Source of the DNA: Corallococcus exiguus
Lineage (GTDB): Bacteria; Myxococcota; Myxococcia; Myxococcales; Myxococcaceae
Length of the DNA: 64,000 nucleotides
Reading direction: 5' to 3'
Assembly: GCF_009909105.1 (NCBI RefSeq)
Contig: NZ_JAAAPK010000002.1
Location: forward strand, 541,827 to 605,826
Position 1 is the first letter of the stretch, and every line of letters begins with the position of its first letter. The notes under the pieces are model-generated. The model saw only the letters and a list, made by a program, of their open reading frames with translations, did no database searches and had not been told where the DNA came from. Positions 26,091-35,017 of this stretch are shown piece by piece. Made by a program: the position numbers and the translations under genes.

Positions 26091-28631
26091 ATGGGCGCGC
26101 GCGCGTGCCTGACCCTGGTGGTTTGCGCCCTGTCCCTCTTCGCGGTGGAGACGGCCCAGGCCCAGGAGGCCCAGGAGCCCGCCCCCAAGACGCGGACCAA
26201 GGCCCCCCGCAAGCGCGCGGCGACCACGCCGGGCGCCAAGGCCGCCACGCCGGGTGCCAAGGCCGCCACGCCCGGCGCGAAGCCTCCGCGCACGGCGAAG
26301 ACGCGCCGGGGCGCGAAGGCGCAGCCCCCGCCGACGGACGTGGAGCCCATTCCCGGGGACGAGCCCGCCGCGCAGCCGCCGGCGCTCGCCACCGAGCCGC
26401 CGCCCGCGCCGCTCGCCCCCGTGGCCGGCCCTGGCCCGTCCGTTTCGGATCCGCTGCCCGTGGCCTCGCCGTCGCCGTATGACGGGCCGCTGACTTCGGA
26501 CATCCCGTCCAACCCGCCGCCCGCGCCCACGCTGGGTGCCGGCGCGGTGCTCCCGTCGTCACAGCCGCGCACGGCGGACAACGTCCCGGACCGCGCGCCC
26601 TTCACGGAGCCCACCTCCGACCGCGCGCTGCCGCCGCCCTCCAGCCTCTCCGGCCTGGACGGCCCGGACCTGGGCGGTGGCGACGACCTGGAGCAGAACA
26701 TCAACAGGGCGCTGAGCGAGGCCGTCGTCACCACGGCGTCCAAGCGCAGCCAGCGCATCTCCGACGTGCCCCTCACGGTGTCCTGGATTCCGGCGGAGGA
26801 GCTGGAGGGCACCGGCCAGTTCTCGCTCTGCGAGGCCATCCAGTACTTCCCCGGCATGGAGTGCCGCCGGGGCTCCATGCGCAAGGCGGCGGTGAGCGCG
26901 CGCGGCCTGGGCTCCAACTACCTGTCCAACCGCCTCCTGCTCCTCAAGGACGGCCGTCCGCTGACGGACCCCTGGACGGGCCAGTTCTACGCGGATGAGA
27001 CGACGCCGCTCACCAACCTGAAGCAGGTGGAAGTCATCCGCGGCCCGGGCTCGTCGCTCTACGGCTCCAACGCCTTCAGCGGCGTCATCAACATCATCGA
27101 GCGCCAGCCCGCGGACCTCATCGCCAAGGGCCAGAACGTGGGCGCCGACGCGCGCATCCTCGCGGGCCAGGACAAGACCTGGCGCCTGCAGACCAACGTC
27201 GCCGGCCGCGGCGGCCCGGTGGAGGCGCTGCTCGGCTACTACGGCTTCGGCTCGGACGGCCCGCAGCTCTTCAACAACCCGCAGCTGAACCAGACGGACA
27301 CCAACGAGGACTCGCTGGTCCACCAGGTGAACGGCAAGGTCCGCGTGGGTCCTCTCGCGCTGGACGCGGACTTCACGGACGGCAACATCGGCCGGCCCGG
27401 TGGTCAGAACATCTCCACCGTGGGCAACTGCGGCCGCTGCCACTACACCGCGCAGGACAACGAGCACGTCCAGAACCTGAACACCGCCCTGCAGCTGGAT
27501 CAGCAGGTGACGGACAACGTGCGCGTGTTCGCCCAGGCCTACGCCTTCTTCAAGCGCCGCAACGTGACGCTGGAGAATGAAATCACCGGCGCCCTGGAGG
27601 ACACGCTGGGCAAGCGCAGCCGCCTGGGCGGTGAGGCGCGCGCGCTGTTCTCCCTGGACAAGCTCTCCGTCACCGTCGGCGGCGACGTGAAGGCCGACCA
27701 GGTGAACAACCAGAACATCCTGCCCGGCCTGACCCTGGACGACACGAAGCAGACCATCCTGGGCGGCTTCGTGGACGCGGAGTACCGCATCACGGACCGG
27801 CTGGTGGTGGGTGCGGGCGCTCGCTACGACAACTACCAGATCCCCTCCAAGGTCTGGGAGGCGAAGACGGATCAGGTGTCCCCGCGCGCCAGCGTCGTGT
27901 TCCACGCCATCCCGGAGCTGCTCACGCTGCGCACCAACTACGGCCGCGCCTTCCGCGCGCCCACGCTGGCGGAGCTGGCCATCAACCAGCAGATGTACGC
28001 CGCGACGCTCCTGGGCAACCCGTCCCTGCGCGCGGAGACGCTGGACACGGTGGAGGCGGCGGTGGACTTCTGGCCGCTGGACCGCAGGGTGCGCCTGACG
28101 GGCACGGGCTTCTACAACCGCGCCCGCAACTTCATCAATCAGGAGCTCCTCTTCGGCTCCACGTCCCAGTTCAAGAACCTGGGCGACGCGCGCGTGGCGG
28201 GCTTCGAGGCGGAAGCGGCGGCGCAGGTGCCGTCCCTCAACTCGTCCTTCGACGTGGCCTACCAGTTCCTGGACGCCCAGGCGCTGCCGGTGGGCGGCGG
28301 ATCCAGCTACCCGCTGGACTACGCGCCCAGCCACCGCGTCTACCTGCGCGGCCGCACCAACATCGGCAAGTTCGCCTTCGTGGAGCTCTACGGCCTGTTC
28401 GTGGGCGCCCGGTATGATCCGGGCTTCGTGGTGGACGAGAACGCCGGCACCACCACCCGCGTGAAGCTGCCCAGCTACATCACCGCGACCGCGCGCGTGG
28501 GCTTCAACGTCCACGAGCGCGTGGCGGTGTCACTGTTGGGCACGAACCTCTTCAACGCGAAGTACGAGGAGTCCCACGGCTTCCCCGCACCGCCGCTGGG
28601 CGTCTTCACAGAAGTTCGACTCCATTATTAG
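26091..28631 (+). CDS. TonB-dependent outer-membrane receptor with a long low-complexity N-terminal extension
   Basis: Signal peptide, then about 200 aa of Pro/Ala/Lys-rich sequence (3x TPGAKAA), then a plug (VVTTASKRSQRISDVPLTVSWI) and a barrel ending in a C-terminal aromatic residue. Alternative starts at 26016 and 26031. Confidence 0.85.
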   Translation: MGARACLTLVVCALSLFAVETAQAQEAQEPAPKTRTKAPRKRAATTPGAKAATPGAKAATPGAKPPRTAKTRRGAKAQPPPTDVEPIPGDEPAAQPPALATEPPPAPLAPVAGPGPSVSDPLPVASPSPYDGPLTSDIPSNPPPAPTLGAGAVLPSSQPRTADNVPDRAPFTEPTSDRALPPPSSLSGLDGPDLGGGDDLEQNINRALSEAVVTTASKRSQRISDVPLTVSWIPAEELEGTGQFSLCEAIQYFPGMECRRGSMRKAAVSARGLGSNYLSNRLLLLKDGRPLTDPWTGQFYADETTPLTNLKQVEVIRGPGSSLYGSNAFSGVINIIERQPADLIAKGQNVGADARILAGQDKTWRLQTNVAGRGGPVEALLGYYGFGSDGPQLFNNPQLNQTDTNEDSLVHQVNGKVRVGPLALDADFTDGNIGRPGGQNISTVGNCGRCHYTAQDNEHVQNLNTALQLDQQVTDNVRVFAQAYAFFKRRNVTLENEITGALEDTLGKRSRLGGEARALFSLDKLSVTVGGDVKADQVNNQNILPGLTLDDTKQTILGGFVDAEYRITDRLVVGAGARYDNYQIPSKVWEAKTDQVSPRASVVFHAIPELLTLRTNYGRAFRAPTLAELAINQQMYAATLLGNPSLRAETLDTVEAAVDFWPLDRRVRLTGTGFYNRARNFINQELLFGSTSQFKNLGDARVAGFEAEAAAQVPSLNSSFDVAYQFLDAQALPVGGGSSYPLDYAPSHRVYLRGRTNIGKFAFVELYGLFVGARYDPGFVVDENAGTTTRVKLPSYITATARVGFNVHERVAVSLLGTNLFNAKYEESHGFPAPPLGVFTEVRLHY

Positions 28632-28639
28632 GGCGCTGT

Positions 28640-29482
28640 TTGGATACCGTCGCCGCCGTGAAGGATGCTCCCCTGAAGTTGACGCCGGACACGACGCTCA
28701 CGCCGGAGGCGCTGGAGAAGGCCTCCGGAGTGCTGGCCCGGGACGGCCTGTTGTTGGGGCGCGGTGACGACGCGGCGCCGCAGCTGGTGCTGTTCGACGG
28801 GCGGTTCACTCCCGCCCACGCCGCGCTCCTGGAACGCCGTCCCCCGGCGCTGCTGCTGGCCACCCGTGAGGGCGGCCAGCCGTCCGCCTGGGAGGCGCGG
28901 CTGTTGAGCGCGCTGTTGCGCGGCGAGCCCATGATCCCCAAGGAAGCAGCCACGTCCGTGGCGTGGCTGGGCAGCGTGGCGGAGGTGACGGCCGTGGGCG
29001 AGCGCGCGGCCGAGGCCGTCCTCCAGGCTGGCGGCTCCAAGGGCGCGGCCAGCCGGGTGGCGGATGTCGTCCATGAGATTGGCGTGAACGCGCTGCTCGA
29101 CGCGCCAGTGGACGGAAGCGGCGAGCCGAAGTACGCCCACCGGCGCGGCCAGGTGCAGTCGGTGGCGGATGAAGACCGCTGCCTGGTGTCGTGGGCGGTG
29201 GCGGACGGCAGGGCGTGGCTGGAGGCGACGGACCGCTTCGGCCGCCTGTCGGTGTCACCGTTGGTGCGGGTGGTGAAGGCCTGGGGTGAGAAGGCGCAGG
29301 TGGATGCTTCGGGTGGTGGCGCGGGCCTGGGTCTGCGGCGCATCCTGGAGCACAGCGACGCAGTGGCGGTGCGGGTGACTCCGGGAAAGCGCACACAGTT
29401 CGCCTGTGGAGTGGACCTGGGCGACGGTCGCCGTCGGGCCGCGCAGCCCAAGTCGCTGCTGTTCAGTCTGGAACGAGGGTAG
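28640..29482 (+). CDS. GHKL-superfamily ATPase/kinase-like protein (putative RsbW/SpoIIAB-type partner-switching kinase) with a novel N-terminal region
   Basis: TTG start 9 bp after the receptor stop. N-box-like HEIGVNALLDA (compare ELVTNAIIH of SpoIIAB) and G2-box-like GGGAGLGLRRIL. Confidence 0.5.
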   Translation: MDTVAAVKDAPLKLTPDTTLTPEALEKASGVLARDGLLLGRGDDAAPQLVLFDGRFTPAHAALLERRPPALLLATREGGQPSAWEARLLSALLRGEPMIPKEAATSVAWLGSVAEVTAVGERAAEAVLQAGGSKGAASRVADVVHEIGVNALLDAPVDGSGEPKYAHRRGQVQSVADEDRCLVSWAVADGRAWLEATDRFGRLSVSPLVRVVKAWGEKAQVDASGGGAGLGLRRILEHSDAVAVRVTPGKRTQFACGVDLGDGRRRAAQPKSLLFSLERG

Positions 29483-29486
29483 GCGG

Positions 29487-32400
29487 GTGGAGAGCCAAAC
29501 TTCCAATGCCAGCATCACCTCCCTGCGCGTGGGCAGTCTGACCCACGTGCGCGTGGCCGGGGTGATCGACGAAACCTTCCCCCTCACGCCAGCCTCCAAG
29601 GGCATCCAGGGCCTGGTGGTGGTGGACCTGGGCCTGGTGGAGCGGATCAGCTCCTTCGGTGTGCGCCGGTGGATCGAGTTCGCCGGCCACCCGCCGCAGG
29701 GCGTGTCGGGGCTGTACGTCGTCAACGCGCCGCCGGTGGTGGTGGATCAGCTCAACATGGTGGAGGGCTTCGCGGGCGTCGCGCGCGTGCTCTCGCTGTT
29801 GGCGCCGTACACGTGCCGCTTCTGCAAGGAGGACCGGCTGCGGCTGGTCCGCCTGGTGGAGGAGGCGAAGGTGCTGGAGCAGGGCGGGGCCCCGCCGCAC
29901 CAGTGCCCGGTGTGCTCCCAGCCGCTGGAGTTCGCGGACGAGCCCACGGAGTTCTTCGACTTCGCGCGCCGCCAGCAGTTCTCCGCGGTGGATCCCGCGG
30001 TGCTGCGCTACCTGCGCTCCGGCATCCCGTCGGAGCCGTCCGAGCTCTCGTCGCACCTGAAGATCGTCCAGGACGACATCACCTTCATCACCCTGGCCAG
30101 TACGCTCAAGGGCGACCTCAACGTGCGCCGGCTGGCGTCCGGCCTGGAGGGGCGCGTCGCGTTCGACTGCTGCCACGTGAGCGTGGTGGAGCAGGAAGCG
30201 CTGCCGCGCATCGAACAGGTGCTGGAGGTGGCCGCGCAGGGCGCCCAGGTGGTGCTGTGCCGCGTGCCGCCGCCGCTGCTGGCCGTGCTGGCGAAGTCCA
30301 CCAAGACGCTGCCCGCGAAGCTGGCCACGCTGTGGCTGCCGTGTGACTGCCGCAACTGCGGCCAGGTCACCCACCAGCGCATCCAGACCTCCGAGTACCT
30401 GGAGGTGCTGCGCGCCAAGGGCACCATGGAGCGCGTGTGCCCCGTCTGCGGCGGCAGCGCCCGGGCTCCGGCGCTCGCGCAGTTCCAGGGGCTGCTCGCG
30501 CGCACGCCGCTCACCGACAAGCCGCTGGAGGACATCGAGGCGCTGGAGCAGCGCGCGCTCAGTCAGTACCTCTTCGGCTCCACCAACACGGACCCCGGCG
30601 CCCGGGGCTCGTCAGCCACGGACACGCACACCAGCGGCGCGCGGCTGCAGATCATCCGCCGGCTGGGGCAGGGCGGCATGGCGGAAGTGTTTCTCGCCAA
30701 GCAGCAGGGCGTGAAGGGCTTCGAGAAGTTCGTGGTGATGAAGAAGATTCTCGCGCAGTTCGCTGAGAATCCTGAGTTCGTCGACATGCTCTTCGCGGAG
30801 GCCCGCGCCAACGCGCGCCTCACGCACCCCAACGTCGTGCAGACCTTCGACGTGGGCGTGACGGACGGTGTGGCGTACATCCTGATGGAGTATGTGCGCG
30901 GCCCGGACCTGAAGCGCCTGCTCACGGAGCTGCGCCGCAAGGGCATGGCGCTGCCGCTGGAGCACGCGCTGCGCATCGTGGCGGAGGTCGCCGCGGGCCT
31001 GCACTACGCGCACAGCTACGTGGACCCTTCCGGCACGGCGCACCCGGTGGTGCACCGCGACGTCAGCCCCCACAACGTGCTGGTGTCGCTGGACGGCGCC
31101 ATCAAGCTGTCGGACTTCGGCATCGCCAAGGTGCAGGGCGAGGAGCACACGCAGGCGGGCGTCATCAAGGGGAAGATTTCGTATCTCTCCCCGGAGGCCG
31201 CCAGCGGCCGCCCGCTGGACTGGCGCAACGACGTGTTCGCGCTGGGCGTGGTGCTCTTCGAACTGCTCACCGGCCAGCTGCCGTTCCGCCGGGACCATGA
31301 CGCGGCCACGCTCGCGGCCATCGTGCGCGAGCCCGCGCCGGTGCCCTCGCAGCTGCGGCCCCACATCCCGCAGGACGTGTCGGACCTCATCCTGCGCGCG
31401 CTGGTGAAGGACCCGGCGCGGCGCACGCCCTCCGCGGCGGCGATGCGCGAGGAGATTGAAGCCGTCATCGCGCACCACCGGCTGTCCTCGTCGCCCGCGT
31501 CGGTGGCGCAGTTCTTCAAGGAGACGCTGGGCGACCGGCTCTCCGAGTACGCGCCGTCATCCATCGCCGGCCCGGGGACGGGCTCCAACCCCCGGGCGCT
31601 GATGCCGGGCACGGGCTCGCACTCGCGCAACGTGGGCACGGGCTCGGGCAGCGACATGCGGGCCCCCTCGGACCTGTCCCGTCCGCCCGTGCGCGGCGGT
31701 TCCGGCAGCATGCCCCGGATGGAGCCGCCCCCGGTGGCCTCCCCGCCGGAGCCCGCCGAGCGGGGCACCGAGGTCGTCTCCGTCAACGGGCCGCCCATGG
31801 CCTCCGCGCCTCCGGTGGCACCGCCCGTGGCCGCCGCGCCCCGTCCGTCGCGCCCGGCCGCGCCTCCGCCCACGTCGCCGATGCCGCCGCCCACCGCGGT
31901 GCGCCCCGCGGCGTCCGCCAACGTGCCCACGCGCGTGGGGCCGCCGCCGCAGGCGCCCGCGCGTCCGTCGGTGGCGGTGCCGTCCGTCGCCCCGCTGACC
32001 GCGGCTCCGCAGCCGCACCCCGTGGCAGCGCCCCCGTCGCATGGGGGCACCCACGCGCAATACGGGGCCGCCCACGCGCAGCAGGGAAGCGCCCCGCCGC
32101 CGCCGCTGGGGCACCATGCGCCGCCGCCGACCGGCTCCCACGCGGCCTATGGGGGACACCACCCCGTGGCCGCGCCGCCGCCGCACGTGGCTGCCCCGCA
32201 TGCTCCGCCGGTGTCCGCTCCCGTGGCTCCGCCCACGCGGCCTCCGGCGGCTCCCGTGGCCGCGCCGCCGGCCCCCGTCCACGCGGTCTCCCCCACGGCT
32301 CAGGCGCCCGGCGCCGAAGCGACGGGGAAGGGACTGACGCCCGGTCAGCGCAAGGGGCTCATCGTGGGCGGCGTGGGCCTGGTGCTCGCGGGGCTCGCGT

Positions 32401-32831
32401 TGGTGTTCCTGCTGCCCAAGGGCGGCGTGGAGGTGCGCAACGCCCAGGAGGGTGAGCGCGTCTACGTGTCCGGCGTCCTGCTGGATGCGAGCCAGGGCCT
32501 GCCCGAAGGCAACACCGGCTGGCTCATCTCCACGGCCGTGGACGGCAAGCTGCACCGTTTCGGCAAGGTGCCGAAGTCGGAGCACATCGACCTGCGCACG
32601 CTCGCGGACGCCCCGCCCCAGGCGGAGGCCCGGGGCATGCTCAGCATCACTGGTGCCCAAGGCTGCCGCGTGGCGCTGGGCTCGCAGGTGCTGGAGGGCC
32701 AGACGCCCCTGTCCAACCAGATGCCCGCGGGGCGCGAGTTCGAGGTGCGCGTCACCTGCGGCGGCAAGCCCGACGTCGTCCGCTGGGTGATGGCCGTCCC
32801 GGGGCAGGGCGTCGTGCTGGACGTGCCCTGA
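29487..32831 (+). CDS. Tandem-STAS / zinc-ribbon / Hanks-type Ser/Thr protein kinase / Pro-rich / TM / PEGA-like domain protein
   Basis: GTG start 5 bp after the upstream stop. STAS motif VVVDLGLVERISSFGVRRW, CxxC...CxxC ribbons, kinase motifs (AMKKI-like VVMKKIL, HRDVSPHNVLV, DFGIAK, SPE), and a C-terminal TM plus periplasmic domain. Confidence 0.85.
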   Translation: MESQTSNASITSLRVGSLTHVRVAGVIDETFPLTPASKGIQGLVVVDLGLVERISSFGVRRWIEFAGHPPQGVSGLYVVNAPPVVVDQLNMVEGFAGVARVLSLLAPYTCRFCKEDRLRLVRLVEEAKVLEQGGAPPHQCPVCSQPLEFADEPTEFFDFARRQQFSAVDPAVLRYLRSGIPSEPSELSSHLKIVQDDITFITLASTLKGDLNVRRLASGLEGRVAFDCCHVSVVEQEALPRIEQVLEVAAQGAQVVLCRVPPPLLAVLAKSTKTLPAKLATLWLPCDCRNCGQVTHQRIQTSEYLEVLRAKGTMERVCPVCGGSARAPALAQFQGLLARTPLTDKPLEDIEALEQRALSQYLFGSTNTDPGARGSSATDTHTSGARLQIIRRLGQGGMAEVFLAKQQGVKGFEKFVVMKKILAQFAENPEFVDMLFAEARANARLTHPNVVQTFDVGVTDGVAYILMEYVRGPDLKRLLTELRRKGMALPLEHALRIVAEVAAGLHYAHSYVDPSGTAHPVVHRDVSPHNVLVSLDGAIKLSDFGIAKVQGEEHTQAGVIKGKISYLSPEAASGRPLDWRNDVFALGVVLFELLTGQLPFRRDHDAATLAAIVREPAPVPSQLRPHIPQDVSDLILRALVKDPARRTPSAAAMREEIEAVIAHHRLSSSPASVAQFFKETLGDRLSEYAPSSIAGPGTGSNPRALMPGTGSHSRNVGTGSGSDMRAPSDLSRPPVRGGSGSMPRMEPPPVASPPEPAERGTEVVSVNGPPMASAPPVAPPVAAAPRPSRPAAPPPTSPMPPPTAVRPAASANVPTRVGPPPQAPARPSVAVPSVAPLTAAPQPHPVAAPPSHGGTHAQYGAAHAQQGSAPPPPLGHHAPPPTGSHAAYGGHHPVAAPPPHVAAPHAPPVSAPVAPPTRPPAAPVAAPPAPVHAVSPTAQAPGAEATGKGLTPGQRKGLIVGGVGLVLAGLALVFLLPKGGVEVRNAQEGERVYVSGVLLDASQGLPEGNTGWLISTAVDGKLHRFGKVPKSEHIDLRTLADAPPQAEARGMLSITGAQGCRVALGSQVLEGQTPLSNQMPAGREFEVRVTCGGKPDVVRWVMAVPGQGVVLDVP

Positions 32832-32904
32832 GCCGGACGGAATGTCCCGTGCCGGAGGACACCGCTGACAAAGCGGCCCTCCGGTCGGTGAGGCCGTGCG
32901 GGGC

Positions 32905-33297
32905 CTACAGCTTCTTCAGCAGGAAGGCCCGGTACGTGCCGTAGCCCGGCAGGTCCTCGCCGAGCGAGCCGTCCACCTTCGCGCGCAGGGTGAGCGTGCC
33001 GTCCGTCAGGTCCAGCGTGAAGCCCGGCGCGTCCTTGTGGACGATGTGCAACGTCTGGATGCCTTCCCGGACGGCCTGCTTTCCGATGGCGTCGCTACAG
33101 ACGGACTTCATGTCGTCGATGAGCCGGTCGAAGACGCCGTTGGAGAGCATCTGGATGGCGGCCACGGTGGTGAAGCTCGCCTCGTCCAGCGTCACCTGGA
33201 TGTCCGCGCCCGCCGCGGCCTCCTTCAGCTCCGCCACCTTCGAGGCGAAGGTGTCGTTCTTGAACGCGGCCATCTCCGACCGTTCGGCGAGACCCAT
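32905..33297 (-). CDS. SCP2 sterol-carrier-like domain protein
   Basis: SCP2 fold signature (LRAKVDGSLGEDLPGYGTYRAFLLKKL at the C-terminus). Confidence 0.65.
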   Translation of the reverse strand: MGLAERSEMAAFKNDTFASKVAELKEAAAGADIQVTLDEASFTTVAAIQMLSNGVFDRLIDDMKSVCSDAIGKQAVREGIQTLHIVHKDAPGFTLDLTDGTLTLRAKVDGSLGEDLPGYGTYRAFLLKKL

Positions 33298-33384
33298 GGT
33301 GTTCGTGCTCCGTGCTGTGTCCGGGCGGGAATGCCTGAAAGAAGGCGGAAACCTCGTGGACAGGCCGCCCGTGTGTCAACGCCC

Positions 33385-33690
33385 TCAGTCGTGGGTGCCC
33401 ACGTGCAGGTCGCCGTGGCGCGTGCAGACCCAGTGGAAGGCGCAGGAGCAGGCCACCGCGCGGGCATGCGTGCAGCACCGGCCCCCGAAGTCCTCCGGGA
33501 GGACTTCGCGCTCGGGAGGTGGCGGGTCGGGCAGCTCCTTGGGGGCGCCCCGCCCGGAGTCCGCGGGTGCGCTGCCGCAGCAGCCGCGCACGAGGCACTC
33601 GGGACACAGGGACAATTCGCAGTGCGCGCACCAGTCGAACACCTCTCCGGCGGTGCCACGGCGCTCACAACCTCCACAGGCGTCGAACAT
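33385..33690 (-). CDS. Small cysteine-rich protein (12 Cys, CxxC x3; putative zinc-binding)
   Basis: Genome-typical third-position GC in this frame. No homology that I recognise. Confidence 0.35.
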   Translation of the reverse strand: MFDACGGCERRGTAGEVFDWCAHCELSLCPECLVRGCCGSAPADSGRGAPKELPDPPPPEREVLPEDFGGRCCTHARAVACSCAFHWVCTRHGDLHVGTHD

Positions 33691-33932
33691 GGGCAGCCTC
33701 CTTGCTCACCTGCGAGGAAGGTAGAGGAGGGGTCCGACATCACGGGTCGTGCGGGAACGTCTGGCGCTCCGGGAGGAGGGAAGCGACGGCTGGCCGACGC
33801 TCGCGCCACGCACCTTCCACGGGTGGACGGGAATCAGGACGCACGCCGGTCCGTGAGCCCTTGCGGCGTTGGCCGGGGATTCGCATGGAACAGGGGCTCA
33901 CGTAGTTCCAGTTTTTCGGGGAGGACGCAGTC

Positions 33933-34463
33933 ATGCGCAGACACCGCCGCATCATCGGAGTGTTCGGCTCCGGGGCGCACTCCCACGACGAGTGGGTCGT
34001 CCCCCTGGCGCGGTGGATTGCGGAGGCCGGGTTCGACCTGCTCACCGGCGCGGGTGGCGGCGTCATGAGCGTGGCGGCGGGGGCCTTCGTCCAGGTGGAG
34101 GGGCGGCGGGGGGCGGCCATCGGCATCATCCCCGGCACCGTGGGCGCGGACGGCCGTTACCAGCCCCGGGCCGGCTACCCGAACACGGACATCGAAATCC
34201 CCATCTACACCCACCTGCCGCTCAGCGGGGAGCAGGGCACGGACCCCATGAGCCGCAACCACATCAACGTGCTGACGCCGCATGCCCTGGTCGCGCTGCC
34301 CGGGGGCGCCGGCACCGCGGCGGAGGCCGTCCTGGCCTTGCGCTATGGCAAGCCGCTCATCCTGCACGGGCCACCGGAGCTGTTCCGGCGCTTCCCGGTG
34401 GAGGCCGAGCGCACCACCTCCCTGGAGCGGGTGGCCGAGTTCCTCCTGGCCGCCACCCGCTAG
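33933..34463 (+). CDS. LOG / TIGR00725-family Rossmann-fold nucleotide-binding protein
   Basis: GAGGGVMS and PGGAGTAAE motifs typical of LOG/SLOG proteins. Confidence 0.7.
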   Translation: MRRHRRIIGVFGSGAHSHDEWVVPLARWIAEAGFDLLTGAGGGVMSVAAGAFVQVEGRRGAAIGIIPGTVGADGRYQPRAGYPNTDIEIPIYTHLPLSGEQGTDPMSRNHINVLTPHALVALPGGAGTAAEAVLALRYGKPLILHGPPELFRRFPVEAERTTSLERVAEFLLAATR

Positions 34464-34597
34464 GCGGCAGGCGGGCTCAAGCAGGGCCTTGGTGAAGGGG
34501 AAGCCGCCCCACGGGGTGGCAAAAGATTCTAGGATGGACGTCGTGGGGAGGGGTGTGCGCCGCGGGTGCACGTCCGTCACCCATCACGTCCGCCATC

Positions 34598-34999
34598 ATG
34601 ATCAACCCCGACTATCCGTTGGCCAGCTGGTTCCTCGCGGTCTCCACCTCGGTCTTCCTGGTCGTCTACGCATTGCCGTTGCTGTTCATCCCGTTGCGCT
34701 GGGCGCGTTGGTTCGGGTGGGAGCTGCCCACGGGCAACAACGACTTGACGGTCTACTTCGCGCGTTGCCTGGGCGGCCTGGCGCTGTCCGTCATCATCGC
34801 GGTGGTGCAGTTCATCCCGGACCCCAAGAGCCACCTGGTCATCTTCGAGCTCATCGGCCTCATCGGTGGACTGATGACGGCGGTGCACGTCTGGGGCGCG
34901 GTGCGCAAGCAGCAGCCCTGGCCGGAGACGGCGGAAATCCCCCTCTACGGCGCCATGTGCCTGGGCGCCCTGTACCTGCGCTTCGCGAACCTGTCCTGA
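34598..34999 (+). CDS. Small integral membrane protein (4 TM helices)
   Basis: Hydrophobic helices. The start is chosen at MINPDYPL. Confidence 0.5.
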   Translation: MINPDYPLASWFLAVSTSVFLVVYALPLLFIPLRWARWFGWELPTGNNDLTVYFARCLGGLALSVIIAVVQFIPDPKSHLVIFELIGLIGGLMTAVHVWGAVRKQQPWPETAEIPLYGAMCLGALYLRFANLS

Positions 35000-35017
35000 G
35001 CGGAAAGCCCCTTAAGG

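Noticed and set aside
22358-28631. Interpretation of the TPR, binding-protein and TonB-receptor genes as part of the Glt/Nfs gliding or sporulation envelope machinery
   Set aside because: The expected Glt composition is absent: there are no OmpA-like or GltD/F/G/J-type proteins and no MotAB (AglRQS) genes nearby. The receptor is a canonical plug-plus-barrel TonB-dependent receptor.
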